From the NCBI GenBank assembly GCA_963822445.1, contig CAWGHO010000003.1:1600001-1664000 (forward strand): DNA of 64,000 nt, given 5' to 3'. The notes under the pieces were generated by a model that saw only the letters and a program-made list of their open reading frames with translations, was not told the DNA's origin and searched no databases. Shown in pieces: positions 29,874 through 40,364 of this stretch (within the stretch, counting starts at the first letter, position 1; each line of letters starts with the position of its first letter). The position numbers and the translations under genes are program-made. The DNA is from an uncultured Acidobacteriota bacterium (GTDB taxonomy: Bacteria > Acidobacteriota > Thermoanaerobaculia > Gp7-AA8).

Positions 29874-30655
29874 ATGAAGGCCGTGTTCAAGACAACCGGC
29901 GGGAAAGATCCCGTGAAAGATTCTTCGCTGTCGTTCTCACAGGGTGAGCGCATCTTCTCCCAGGGCGACCTGGGAACGGAGATGTTCATCATCCAGGAGG
30001 GCGAGGTCGAGATCATCAAGCACATCGGCGGGGAGTCGCACACCCTCTCCCGCCTGGAGAAGGGCGACTTCTTCGGCGAGATGGCGTTGCTCGAGGCCAT
30101 GCCGCGAACCGCCGACGCCCTCGCCGTCACCGACGTCAAGCTCGTGGCCATCAACGGTTCCCGCTTCGACGAGATGCTCCGCAAGAACCCGGAAGTCGCG
30201 GTGCGGATCATCCGCAAGTACTCCAAGCGCCTCCGCGAGGCGAACACGCTGCTCGAGAAACTGGCCGGCCGCGAGCTCGACGCGGATCACGTGGCGATGG
30301 ACGCGACCGTCGTCGCCCCGGCCGAGAAAGCCACCCGCCACCGCCTCGTCGACGTCGCCACCGGGACCGCGTTCTTCTTCAGCACCGGCGACGAGACCAC
30401 CATCGGCCGCGCCGACCCCGTCACCGGCATCCTCCCCGACATCGACCTGACCCCGGTCGACAACAACCGCTCCGTCTCCCGCCGCCACGCCAAGATCATC
30501 AAGACCGGCGACGACTACCACGTCCTCGAGGAAGTGGGGACCGTGAACGGCACCTACGTGAACGATCAGCGCATCCCCACCGGCGTGCCGGTGACCCTGC
30601 ACAACGGCGATCTGTGAAGATCGGCCTGATTTCGATGAAGACGGTGTTCGACTAG
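29874..30655 (+). CDS. cyclic-nucleotide-binding domain + FHA domain protein (likely 1-nt deletion near 30615)
   Basis: GDFFGEMALL..PRTA cNMP box; IGR, VSRRHA, NGTYVN FHA motifs; GDL|VKIG continues in another frame to TAG 30655. Confidence 0.85.
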
Positions 30656-30690
30656 TAAAGTCGCCGTCGCGCGTCCCGCACAATAGATAC

Positions 30691-32764
30691 GTGCCGCCGC
30701 CCACCCCTTCCACCGAGATCCAATACATCAAAGGTGTCAGGCCCGGTCGCGCGGCCGCCCTGAAGGCGGCGCGGGATCGACGACGATCCGCGATCTCCTT
30801 TACTTTTTTCCCTTCCGCTACGAGGACCGCCGCCACCCGACCCGCATCGCCGACCTCGGCCGCACATCGACGTCCCGGTGCTGCTGCGCGGCCGGGTCGT
30901 CTCCGCGCACGCCAGCGTCTCGCCCCGACGCAAGATGCGGCTGTTCGAGGTCGTCCTCGAGGACGGCACTGGCTCGGTGAAGCTGATCTGGTTCAACCAG
31001 CGCTACCTGGCCGATCAGATCAAGCGGGGCGATCAGCTCGCGGTTTACGGCCGCCGCGCGTCGGCACGTACGGCTCGCTGGCCATCGAATCGCCGGATTG
31101 GGAGAAGTTCGAGGGGGATGAGGCTGAGGAAGGAGCGATCGTCCCGATCTACTCGAAGGTCGCCAACATTCCTCCGAAGGCGTTGCGGCGGATTGTGGCC
31201 ACGGCGCTGGAGACGCTTCCGGCGCTACCCGATCCGCTGGCCGAGGACCTCCGCAAGCGTCTCGTTGTCGGCGACCTCGCCAGCGCGCTCCGCGAGATCC
31301 ATCAGCCGCGCGAGCTCACACCGCAGTTCCTCAGCCAGCGCTCGCCTCGCCCATCTCCGGGTGATCCTGCAGGAATTCTTCACCTTCCAGCTCGCGCTGC
31401 GCGTGCGGCGCGTTACCGAAGAGACGAAGAAGAAGACGCGCAAGGTCAACATCGACGAGCCTTGCGCGCCGAGGTCAAAAAGATCCTGCCGTTCAAACTG
31501 ACAGGTGCACAGAAACGTGTGCTACGCGAGATCGCCGCCGACCTGCGCAGCGAGCAGCCGATGTACCGCCTGCTGCAGGGCGACGTCGGCAGCGGCAAGA
31601 CCATCGTCGCCCTCATCGCGGCGATGATCCTGCATCCGCAACGGACACCAGGTCGCGTTGCTCGCACCGACCGAGATTCTGGTCGAGCAGCACTACCAGC
31701 GTATCCGTCAACTACTTGACCAGTCAGTGGTGGTGGCCCGCGCGACCGGTTCGATGAGCGCCGGCGAGCGGCGTACGCTGCAGGCCGGATTACGCGAGGG
31801 CTACATCCAGCTGGCCATCGGCACGCACGCCCTCCTCGAGGAAAAGATCGCTTTCAAGTCCCTCGGCCTGGCCATCGTCGACGAGCAGCACCGCTTCGGC
31901 GTCGAGCAGCGCCAGAAACTTTTTGCAAAGGGTGACCTGCCCGACATCCTGGTCATGACCGCGACGCCGATTCCGCGATCGCTCGCGCTGGCGATCTACG
32001 GCGACCTCGAGCTGTCCGTCATCGACGAGCTACCTCCCGGCCGGCAACGGATCAAGACGGCGGTGCGCGCCGCGCATGAAGTCGAGCGCGTTTACGACTT
32101 CATCGACGCCGAGATCGCCGACGGCGCGCAGATCTACATCGTCTACCCGATCATCGAGGAGTCGGAGAAGTCGAACCTCAAGCCGCTCACAATCGGTTTC
32201 GAGCAGACGCAGAAGCGCTTTCCCAATCGCCGCGTGGCCATGATGCATGGGCGGATGAAGTCAGACGAGAAGGAAGAGGTGATGCAGCGCTTCAAAGGCG
32301 GCGAGATCGACATCCTCGTGGCCACGACGGTCATCGAGGTCGGCATCGACGTTCCGAACGCCTCGATGATGTTGATCGTCGACGCCGACCGCTTCGGTCT
32401 CTCCCAGCTGCACCAGCTTCGCGGCCGCGTCGGTCGCGGCGAGCGCAAGTCGTACTGCGTGCTGCTGCACGACGTGAAGATCACCGGCGACACGAAGGAC
32501 CGCCTGCGCGCGTTCGAAAAGTCGCGCGATGGATTCGAGGTGGCCGAGGCGGATTTGCAGAGCCGGGGACCGGGAGAGTTCCTGGGAACGCGGCAGTCGG
32601 GGGCGATGAAGTTTCGGATGGGCCACATCCTTCGCGACTACGATTTGATGGAGAGGGCGCGGGACCTTTCCATCGCCCTGGTGGCCGAGGATTTCAGGCG
32701 TGCAGAAGCGACCGCGAAGGACCTTCTGGGCATGACCGTTCCCGCGGCCACGGCGCGGGATTGA
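30691..32764 (+). CDS. recG: ATP-dependent DNA helicase RecG (frameshifted, probably errors)
   Basis: WFNQ wedge, LLQGDVGSGKT, DEQHRFG, TATPIPR, QLRGRVGRG, RGPGE. Confidence 0.93.
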
Positions 32765-32797
32765 CCTGCTACACTGCGCCGCTCAATTCGAACCCCG

Positions 32798-33823
32798 GTG
32801 AGTCTTCATTTGAATCAACCTTCTCAACAACATGTGCTCAGCGGACTCCGTCCGACCGGACGCGTCCATCTGGGCAATTACTTCGGCGCGATCAAGAACT
32901 GGGTCGAGCTGCAGGACCGCTATCCGTCCTACTGCTTCATCGCCGACTGGCACGCGCTGACCTCCGACTACGCGGACACCTCGCGCGTCCGAAGCTCGAC
33001 GTTCGAGGCGACCGCGGATCTGCTCTCCGCGGGGCTCGATCCAGAGAAGTGCGTCATCTTCCTGCAGTCCGAAGTGAAGGAGCACGCCGAGTTGCATCTG
33101 CTGCTCTCCATGGTCACGCCGTTGCCATGGCTCGAGCGCGTGCCCACCTTCAAAGACCAGCAGGCCCAGCTCGAGGACAAGGACCTCAACACCTACGGGT
33201 TCCTCGGATACCCGCTGCTGCAGACCGCGGACATCATCGTCTACCGCGCCGGCTTCGTTCCGGTGGGTGAGGACCAGGCGTCGCATCTCGAGCTGTCGCG
33301 CGAGATCGTGCGCCGCTTCAACAACTTCTACGGTCCGGTTTTCCCCGAGCCGCAGGCGCTCTTCACCGCGTCCGCGAAAGTCCCCGGGCTCGACGGACGG
33401 AAAATGTCGAAGTCATACGGCAACACCATTCCGCTGACGGCATCCGCGGATGAAGTTCGCGCGCTGGTGATGACCATGTTCACCGACCCGAATCGCGTGC
33501 GGCGCACCGATCCCGGCAATCCCGACATCTGCAACCTCTTTCAGTTCCACAGGATCTTCTCGGACGACGCGACCATCGCCCGCGTCGATCACGAATGCCG
33601 CACCGCGCAGATCGGATGCGTGCAGGACAAGAAGCTTCTCGCCGACATCATGATCGAGAAGCTCCAGCCCATCCGCGCGCGCCGCGAGCAGATCGATCGT
33701 GATCCCTCGATCGTCTGGGACGTGCTGCGCGAAGGAAGCGCGAAAGCCCGTGCTCGCGCCGCGGAAACGCTGGCGCTGGTGCGCGACGCGATGAAAATCG
33801 ATTATCCCGAGCTGCGGCGATGA
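32798..33823 (+). CDS. trpS: tryptophan--tRNA ligase
   Basis: HLGN, ADWHALT, YPLLQTADI, PVGEDQ, KMSKS. Confidence 0.96.
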   Translation: MSLHLNQPSQQHVLSGLRPTGRVHLGNYFGAIKNWVELQDRYPSYCFIADWHALTSDYADTSRVRSSTFEATADLLSAGLDPEKCVIFLQSEVKEHAELHLLLSMVTPLPWLERVPTFKDQQAQLEDKDLNTYGFLGYPLLQTADIIVYRAGFVPVGEDQASHLELSREIVRRFNNFYGPVFPEPQALFTASAKVPGLDGRKMSKSYGNTIPLTASADEVRALVMTMFTDPNRVRRTDPGNPDICNLFQFHRIFSDDATIARVDHECRTAQIGCVQDKKLLADIMIEKLQPIRARREQIDRDPSIVWDVLREGSAKARARAAETLALVRDAMKIDYPELRR

Positions 33824-34629
33824 GCGACGAGACCCCCGTGCAGGGCGCACCAATGCCCGAGGAGCAGGAAGAGGCGGCGTACAAAGTCACCCTCCCGTCC
33901 TTTCACGGACCGCTCGACCTTCTCCTGCACCTGATCAAAAAGCACGAGGTCTCGATCTCGGACATCCCCATCGTGCTGATCACCGAGCAGTACAACGCTT
34001 ATCTCGATGCGATGACCGAGCTCGATCTCGACATCGCCGCGGACTACATCTACATGGCCTCGCTGCTGATCAACATCAAGTCGCGCATGCTCCTGCCGCG
34101 CGACGAGACGGAAGGCACCGATGCCGAGGATCCGCGGAAGGAGCTGGTCGACCGGCTGCTCGAGTACCAGCGCTTCAAGGCCGTGGCCGAGACCTTCGCG
34201 GAGCTCGACGTCGTGCGCATGGGCATGTGGGCCCGCCCGCGCGTGCCGGTTCCGGGAACGCAGGACGCGCAGGAGATGGACATGAGCGAGGTCGGCCTGT
34301 TCGACCTCATCGACGCGTTCCGCACCGCGCTGTCGCGTTATGCCGAGGCCCATCCGCAGGCGATCGAGTTGCGGCGGACGGTCCACAAGATCTCCGACAA
34401 GATGCGCGAGCTGTATGAGAAGGTGCGCGAGAAGTCCCCGCTCCGCCTGCAATGGTTCCTGGAGAACCGCGATCGCAACGAATTGATCGCCGTCTTCCTC
34501 GGCACCCTCGAGCTGGTCCGCCTCGGCGGCATCGCACTACAGCAGGGCGACAACTTCGGCGAGATTCTGATTTCAAAAACGGACAAGGAGATCGAGGAGG
34601 CGACCTTCGCCATCTTCGACAATTCGTAG
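33820..34629 (+). CDS. scpA: segregation and condensation protein A
   Basis: FHGPLDLLLHLI, IKSRMLLP, EDPR.ELV.RLLEY, FLGTLEL. Confidence 0.93.
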   Translation: MSDETPVQGAPMPEEQEEAAYKVTLPSFHGPLDLLLHLIKKHEVSISDIPIVLITEQYNAYLDAMTELDLDIAADYIYMASLLINIKSRMLLPRDETEGTDAEDPRKELVDRLLEYQRFKAVAETFAELDVVRMGMWARPRVPVPGTQDAQEMDMSEVGLFDLIDAFRTALSRYAEAHPQAIELRRTVHKISDKMRELYEKVREKSPLRLQWFLENRDRNELIAVFLGTLELVRLGGIALQQGDNFGEILISKTDKEIEEATFAIFDNS

Positions 34630-34631
34630 TC

Positions 34632-35378
34632 ATGCCCATGGAACCAAACGAACTGCGCGCGGCACTGGAAGCAATCCTCTTCGTCAGCAGCGATCCGGTG
34701 AAGGTCGACGATCTGGCCGAATCATTCGCGGACGAAGGAAAAGAAGCGGTGGCGGCGCAGCTCGAAGAGATCAAGCGCATCCTCGACGAGCACGTCGGCG
34801 GATTCCAGCTCGAGCAGACCGCCGGCGGATGGCGTCTGGCCACACGCGCCGAGCACGACGCCGTTCTTCGCAAGTACTTCGCGAAGAAAGGGGAGAACCG
34901 CATGTCCATCGCGGCGCTGGAGACGCTGGCCATCGTCGCCTATCGCCAGCCCATCACCGCGCCGGAAGTGTCGGAGATCCGTGGCGTCAACGCGACGGCG
35001 GTCATCCGCACGCTGCTCGAGCGCCGCATGGTTCGCGTGTCGGGACGCAAGAACGTGGTCGGCAGTCCGTTTCTGTATCGCACGACGAAAGAGTTTCTCG
35101 TGCACTTCGGACTCAACGACATTCGCGATCTGCCGCGCCTCGAAGAGTTCGGAGATCTGATCGGCGAGACCATCAACGACGATCTCGTGCACGCGATTCA
35201 ACACGCCGAGCCGACGCCGGAGTCGGCGGAGTTGCCGCTCAGCGAAGATGAGCCGAACGTCGATGCGACTGTCGATGCGAGCGTCGATGCGCTTGAAGGC
35301 ACGGATCTCGAAGAACAACCTTCCGTTGCCGCCGAAGAAAGTCAGTTAGAATCGAACGGCGGCCAACAAGAAGAGTGA
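34632..35378 (+). CDS. scpB: segregation and condensation protein B
   Basis: LEAILF, ALETLAIVAYRQPIT, IRGV, TTKEFL.HFGL. Confidence 0.94.
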   Translation: MPMEPNELRAALEAILFVSSDPVKVDDLAESFADEGKEAVAAQLEEIKRILDEHVGGFQLEQTAGGWRLATRAEHDAVLRKYFAKKGENRMSIAALETLAIVAYRQPITAPEVSEIRGVNATAVIRTLLERRMVRVSGRKNVVGSPFLYRTTKEFLVHFGLNDIRDLPRLEEFGDLIGETINDDLVHAIQHAEPTPESAELPLSEDEPNVDATVDASVDALEGTDLEEQPSVAAEESQLESNGGQQEE

Positions 35379-36322
35379 TGGAACTCGAGCGACTGCAAAA
35401 GATCATCGCCCACGCGGGCTTCGCATCGCGAAGAGAAGCGGAGACGATGATTCGGGAGGGACGGGTCACGGTGAACGGCAAGGTCGTCACCGAGCTCGGA
35501 ACGAAGGCTGCTCCCGGTCGCGATCACATCAAAGTCGACGGAAAGCTCATCACCCGCGCGGAGACGCACCGCTACATCCTTCTCTACAAGCCGCGCGAAG
35601 TGACGTCGACGGTCAACGATCCCGAAGGCCGCAAGACCGTCATCGATCTGGTGAAGGGCATCCGCGAGCGGATCTATCCCGTCGGCCGTCTCGACTATCA
35701 ATCCGAAGGTCTGCTGCTGCTCACCAACGACGGCGACCTCGCATTCAAGGTCTCCCATCCCGCGCATGGATCGGTGAAGACGTATCACGTGAAGGTGCGC
35801 GGCGTTCCCGACGAACGGATCATCGGGAAGCTCGAGCGCGGCATCACCATCGAAGGCAAGCGCACCGTTCCCTGCGAGATCTCGCGGATGAAGACGACGG
35901 GACGTTCGACTGGGAAAGGCGAGGATGAAGGCAACAGCTGGTTCGAGGTTCGTTTGCGCGAAGGACGCAATCAGCAGATCCGCAAGATGTTCAAAGCGGT
36001 CGGACATCCGGTGTCGAAACTTCGCCGCGTGGCGATCGGACCGATTGCCGATCCGCGATTGAATCCCGGCGACTGGCGCGAGCTCACCAAGCATGAAGTG
36101 AAGATGCTGTCGACGATGCAGGAGATGCCGAAGCCGAAGGCCCGCCGCTCGTCGACCCGTCCGACGAAGAAAAAGTCGACGTCGAAGAAGAAGACCCAGC
36201 CCTCCGCGACGAAGCGTCCAGCCGCCACGAAACGCGCGGCTTCGACGAAACGTGCGCCGGCAGCTTCCCCGCGGCGACGCAGCACCGGCCCGGTACGCGA
36301 GCCTCGACGGGGACGCGGCTGA
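35375..36322 (+). CDS. rluB: rRNA pseudouridine synthase (RluB/RsuA family) with basic C-terminal tail
   Basis: S4 domain ERLQK..SRR; GRLD; EGRNQQIR; synteny after scpAB. Confidence 0.88.
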   Translation: MMELERLQKIIAHAGFASRREAETMIREGRVTVNGKVVTELGTKAAPGRDHIKVDGKLITRAETHRYILLYKPREVTSTVNDPEGRKTVIDLVKGIRERIYPVGRLDYQSEGLLLLTNDGDLAFKVSHPAHGSVKTYHVKVRGVPDERIIGKLERGITIEGKRTVPCEISRMKTTGRSTGKGEDEGNSWFEVRLREGRNQQIRKMFKAVGHPVSKLRRVAIGPIADPRLNPGDWRELTKHEVKMLSTMQEMPKPKARRSSTRPTKKKSTSKKKTQPSATKRPAATKRAASTKRAPAASPRRRSTGPVREPRRGRG

Positions 36323-36325
36323 GCC

Positions 36326-36988
36326 GTGCCCCTCATCGTTGCCATTGACGGCCCCTCCGGCGTCGGCAAATCCACCACCAGCAAGCTCGTCGCGCGGGAG
36401 CTCGGCATTCCGCACATCGACACCGGGGCGATGTATCGCGCTATCGGTTTGGCCGCTACCCGCGCCGGCATCGATGTTCATGACGCCGAAGCCCTGGAAG
36501 CGCTGGCCGCTCGCTCGGTCATCGAATTCGTCCCCGGCGACAACCCGCGGATCATCCTCGACGGCGAAGACATCACCCACCTCATCCGCACCCCGGAGAT
36601 CAGCATGGCCGCCAGCCACGTCTCGGCGGTCCCGGCCGTCCGGCGCGTGCTCGTCCGCCTGCAGCAGGACCTCGGCCGCCGCAGCGGGGGAGTCCTGGAA
36701 GGCCGGGACATCGGGACGAAGGTTTTTCCCGGGACCCCGCACAAGTTCTTCCTGACCGCCCGCCCAGACGTTCGGGCCCACCGCCGCTTCGCCGAGCTCG
36801 TCGCCAAGGGGGAGTCTCCGGATTTCGAGTCAGTGCTTGCTGACTGCCTGCAGCGGGACGAGCAGGATTCGACCCGCGCCGACTCCCCACTGACGCACGA
36901 CGAGACCTATTCGGTGGTCGATACTTCCGACCTCACCATCGCGGAAGTGGTTGAAAAAATAGTGAGTTCCGTCCGCGCCGTTTCTTGA
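36326..36988 (+). CDS. cmk: cytidylate kinase
   Basis: AIDGPSGVGKST, DTGAMYR, EGRDIGT. Confidence 0.96.
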   Translation: MPLIVAIDGPSGVGKSTTSKLVARELGIPHIDTGAMYRAIGLAATRAGIDVHDAEALEALAARSVIEFVPGDNPRIILDGEDITHLIRTPEISMAASHVSAVPAVRRVLVRLQQDLGRRSGGVLEGRDIGTKVFPGTPHKFFLTARPDVRAHRRFAELVAKGESPDFESVLADCLQRDEQDSTRADSPLTHDETYSVVDTSDLTIAEVVEKIVSSVRAVS

Positions 36989-37041
36989 CTCCCCTAAATC
37001 CGGCGACTAAACTCCCGATTCCGACGTGTATCAACAACTTA
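36985..37041 (+). promoter_or_regulatory. sigma70 promoter of the rpsA operon plus downstream IHF site
   Basis: TTGACT(36985)-17bp-TAAACT(37008); TATCAACAACTTA at 37029-37041. Confidence 0.7.
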
Positions 37042-37110
37042 GCGTCGTTTTGGCCGGCGGCTGCACCGTGTGCGGACCGCCCAACAATTTCGGAGGGGGT
37101 TCCCCAGTAC

Positions 37111-38889
37111 ATGGCGTCCAATGACGAGTCGAAGAAGCCTCAGCCACCGCGTCAGGCGGACACCACGGATCTGGAGAGCCTCGGCATGGAGCAGCTTCTC
37201 GACCTCTACACCAAGCCGACTCTGGCGGAAGGTGAGATCGTCAAGGGCCGCGTCCTCAAAGTAACCCCCACCGATATCGTCGTCGACATCGGTTACAAAT
37301 CCGAAGGCCTCCTGCCCGCAACCGAAGTGACCGGCTATGACGGCCAGGTCCGGGTCAAGCGGGGCGACGAGATCGAAGTCTTCATCGAGCGCCTCGAAGA
37401 TTCTTCGGGTTACGTCGCCCTCTCCCGTGAGAAAGCGGCTCGCATGCGCGTCTGGGACGACATCGAGGCCGCGTTCAAAGCCGATCAGCCGATCAACGGC
37501 CGCGTCATCGATCGCGTCAAAGGCGGACTGTCCGTCGACGTCGGCGGCGTGAAAGCCTTTCTGCCGGGCTCGCTGATCGACACGAAGCCGGTCAAAAACC
37601 TCGACGCCCTTCGCGGCCACGAGATGAAGTTCAAGATCGTCTCGTTCGACAAGAAGCGCAGCAACATCGTGCTGTCTCGCCGGGCCATCGTCGAAGTCGA
37701 GCAGCAGCATGCGAAGGCCGACACGTTCGCGCGTCTGAAGGAAGGCGAGCTCACGCACGGCGCGGTGAAGAACATCACCGACTACGGCGTGTTCGTCGAC
37801 CTCGGCGGCGTCGACGGTCTGCTGCACATCACCGACATTTCCTGGGGCCGGGTCACGCATCCGTCCGAGTACTTCAACGTCGGCGATGAGATCGAAGTGA
37901 TCGTGCTCAAGTTCGATCCTGCTGCGGAGCGCGTGTCGCTCGGCTACAAACAGAAATCGCAGGATCCCTGGAGCGACGTCTCAGATCGGTATCCGCTCGG
38001 CAGCCGCGTCAAGGGTCGTGTGGTTTCGTTGACCGATTACGGCGCGTTCCTCGAGCTCGAGGAAGGTGTCGAAGGGCTGATCCACGTCAGCGAGATGTCG
38101 TGGACGAAGAAGATCCGCCATCCGGCCAAGGTCATGAACATCGGCGACGAAGTGGAAGCGGTCGTCTCCGACGTCAACGTGCCCAATCGCCGCATCTCGC
38201 TGTCGCTGAAAGCGCTCGAGCAGAATCCGTGGGACACCATCGCCGAGCGTTATCCGGTCGGCGCCGTCATCGAAGGCCGCGTTCGCAACCTCACCGACTT
38301 CGGCGCGTTCGTCGAGGTCGAGGAAGGCATCGACGGGCTGATTCACATCTCCGACATGTCCTGGCACCGCCGCCTGAAGCATCCGTCCGAGGTGCTGAAG
38401 AAGGGGGATACGGTGAAGGCTCGGGTGATCAATGTCGACGGCGAGAATCAGCGCCTGTCGCTTTCGATCCGCGAGTTCCTGCCGAACGAGTGGGACAACT
38501 TCGCCCGCGGCCACAACGTCGGCGACGAAGTGATCGGCAACGTCTCCAAGATCACCGACTTCGGCCTGTTCATCCGCCTCGCGGACGGAGTGGAAGGGCT
38601 CGCGCACGTTTCGGAAGTGGAGCGCGATCGCGGACAGAAGCTCGACAAGAGCTTTGCCGTCGGCGAGCCGGTGCGCACGCGGATCATCAAAATCGATCCC
38701 GCCGAGCGGAAGATCGGTCTGACCACGCGCGGCGTCGAGCCGCTGACCGAAGAAGAGCGCAACACGCACGGTGCCGCGCACGAAGAGCATGGCCACGAGG
38801 AACCGGTCGCCGCGGAAGCGTCCGCGGGATCGACGGACGAAACGGCGAACGCCGGCGAGCCGCCCGAAGACGACAACCCTCAGACCTGA
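37111..38889 (+). CDS. rpsA: 30S ribosomal protein S1
   Basis: six S1 repeats (DYGVFVDLGGVDGLLH etc.); GGAGG RBS. Confidence 0.97.
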   Translation: MASNDESKKPQPPRQADTTDLESLGMEQLLDLYTKPTLAEGEIVKGRVLKVTPTDIVVDIGYKSEGLLPATEVTGYDGQVRVKRGDEIEVFIERLEDSSGYVALSREKAARMRVWDDIEAAFKADQPINGRVIDRVKGGLSVDVGGVKAFLPGSLIDTKPVKNLDALRGHEMKFKIVSFDKKRSNIVLSRRAIVEVEQQHAKADTFARLKEGELTHGAVKNITDYGVFVDLGGVDGLLHITDISWGRVTHPSEYFNVGDEIEVIVLKFDPAAERVSLGYKQKSQDPWSDVSDRYPLGSRVKGRVVSLTDYGAFLELEEGVEGLIHVSEMSWTKKIRHPAKVMNIGDEVEAVVSDVNVPNRRISLSLKALEQNPWDTIAERYPVGAVIEGRVRNLTDFGAFVEVEEGIDGLIHISDMSWHRRLKHPSEVLKKGDTVKARVINVDGENQRLSLSIREFLPNEWDNFARGHNVGDEVIGNVSKITDFGLFIRLADGVEGLAHVSEVERDRGQKLDKSFAVGEPVRTRIIKIDPAERKIGLTTRGVEPLTEEERNTHGAAHEEHGHEEPVAAEASAGSTDETANAGEPPEDDNPQT

Positions 38890-38897
38890 GTTGACGA

Positions 38898-39902
38898 ATG
38901 TCCGAGCTCGAGTCGCCTGCCGTTACCCCTCCCGCACCGCCGGACATACCGGCGCTGCCGCAGGCTGAAGTTCCGCCGCCTCCACCGCCCGCGCCGAAGA
39001 AATCGCGCACGGGCGTCTTCTTCATCGGTGCGCTCAGCGGTTGCCTGCTCGTGCTCATCGGCGGCGCGCTGCTGGCGATGTTCGCCTTCGCGCTCGACAA
39101 GGACTCCGGCGAGCTCTCGCTGAGCACGCACAAGGTCGCGATCATCCCCGTGGAAGGGGAGATCTTCGACTCGCGTGAGACTCTCGACGCCCTCGATCGC
39201 TACGCCGACAACGCGACGGTGAAAGCGATCGTCATCCGCATCAACAGCCCCGGTGGCGCCATCGCGCCGTCGCAGGAAATCTACTCGGCCATCCGCCGCA
39301 CCCGTAAGGAAAGCGGCAAGCCGATCGTCGCCTCGATGGACAGCGTCGCGGCGTCGGGCGGTTACTACATCGCCGCCGGTTGCGACTCGATCGTCGCCAA
39401 TCCGGGGACGATCACCGGCTCGATCGGCGTGGTGCTGCAGTGGTTCGACATGGAAGACCTGGTGCGCTGGGCGAAGATGAAGCCCGAGACCATCACCAGC
39501 GGTCCGCTCAAGGCAGCCGGCTCGCCGTACAAGGAGCTGAGCGAAGAGGAGCGGGCGTACTTCCAGCGCATCGTCCTTCAATTGCACTCGCAGTTCGTCC
39601 GCGCGATTGCCGAAGGCCGTTCCGGCAAGATCACCCAGGCCGAGGTTGCGAAGATCGCGGATGGACGCGTGTTCACCGGCGAAGAAGCGATGTCCTTGAA
39701 GCTCGTCGATCAACTCGGCTCGATCGACGATGCCGTCCTCGCGGCCGCGAAGCTCGCCGGCATCAAAGGCGATCCGGCCACGATCTGGCCGAAGCGCCGT
39801 GAAGCAACGTTGTTCGACGTGTTGACCGATGGCGGCGATGCGAAGGCCACGCTCGAAAAGATCCTGAGCCGGCGGCTGCCGCAGTTCCTGTACAGGTGGT
39901 GA
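38898..39902 (+). CDS. sppA: signal peptide peptidase SppA (S49)
   Basis: INSPGG, AASGGYY, TGSIGV, DGRVFTG. Confidence 0.93.
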   Translation: MSELESPAVTPPAPPDIPALPQAEVPPPPPPAPKKSRTGVFFIGALSGCLLVLIGGALLAMFAFALDKDSGELSLSTHKVAIIPVEGEIFDSRETLDALDRYADNATVKAIVIRINSPGGAIAPSQEIYSAIRRTRKESGKPIVASMDSVAASGGYYIAAGCDSIVANPGTITGSIGVVLQWFDMEDLVRWAKMKPETITSGPLKAAGSPYKELSEEERAYFQRIVLQLHSQFVRAIAEGRSGKITQAEVAKIADGRVFTGEEAMSLKLVDQLGSIDDAVLAAAKLAGIKGDPATIWPKRREATLFDVLTDGGDAKATLEKILSRRLPQFLYRW

Positions 39903-39923
39903 AGGTTGAGTGAGGAGGCTACC

Positions 39924-40349
39924 TTGGATTCACACGACGAAGATCTCGAACTCGATCATGACGAGCATGATGAGCACGACGACGAGCACGATGAGCATCT
40001 TCTCGAGGATGCACGCCCGAATGCCGGTGTGATGACCAAGGCCGAATTGGTCGACGAGGTCGCACGAGTCGTTCAGTTGACCAAGAAACAGGCCGAGACC
40101 ATCGTCAACATCGTCTTCGACTCCATCGTCGACTCCCTGCGGGCCGGCCAGAAAATCGAGCTCCGCGGTTTCGGCAGCTTCCGCCTGCGCAGCCGCAAAT
40201 CGCGCACGGGCCGCAATCCGAAAACCGGCGAGAAGGTGGAAGTGCCGTCGAAGAAGATCCCGTACTTCAAACCGGGGAAAGAGCTGAAGGAGCTGATCAA
40301 CAAGGCACTCGCCGACGTGGAATCGGAGACGGCAGCCGCTTCCGAGTAG
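39924..40349 (+). CDS. ihfB: integration host factor beta / HU-family protein with His/Asp/Glu-rich N-terminal extension
   Basis: MTKAELV, IELRGFGSF, GRNPKTG, FKPGKELK; AGGAGG before TTG 39924; rpsA-sppA-ihfB synteny. Confidence 0.88.
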   Translation: MDSHDEDLELDHDEHDEHDDEHDEHLLEDARPNAGVMTKAELVDEVARVVQLTKKQAETIVNIVFDSIVDSLRAGQKIELRGFGSFRLRSRKSRTGRNPKTGEKVEVPSKKIPYFKPGKELKELINKALADVESETAAASE

Positions 40350-40364
40350 GCGGGCCGCCGCGCC

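Noticed and set aside
36130-36322. Lys/Arg/Ala repeat tail of RluB as a separate histone-like gene
   Set aside because: It is in frame with the synthase, and basic low-complexity tails are common in this family.
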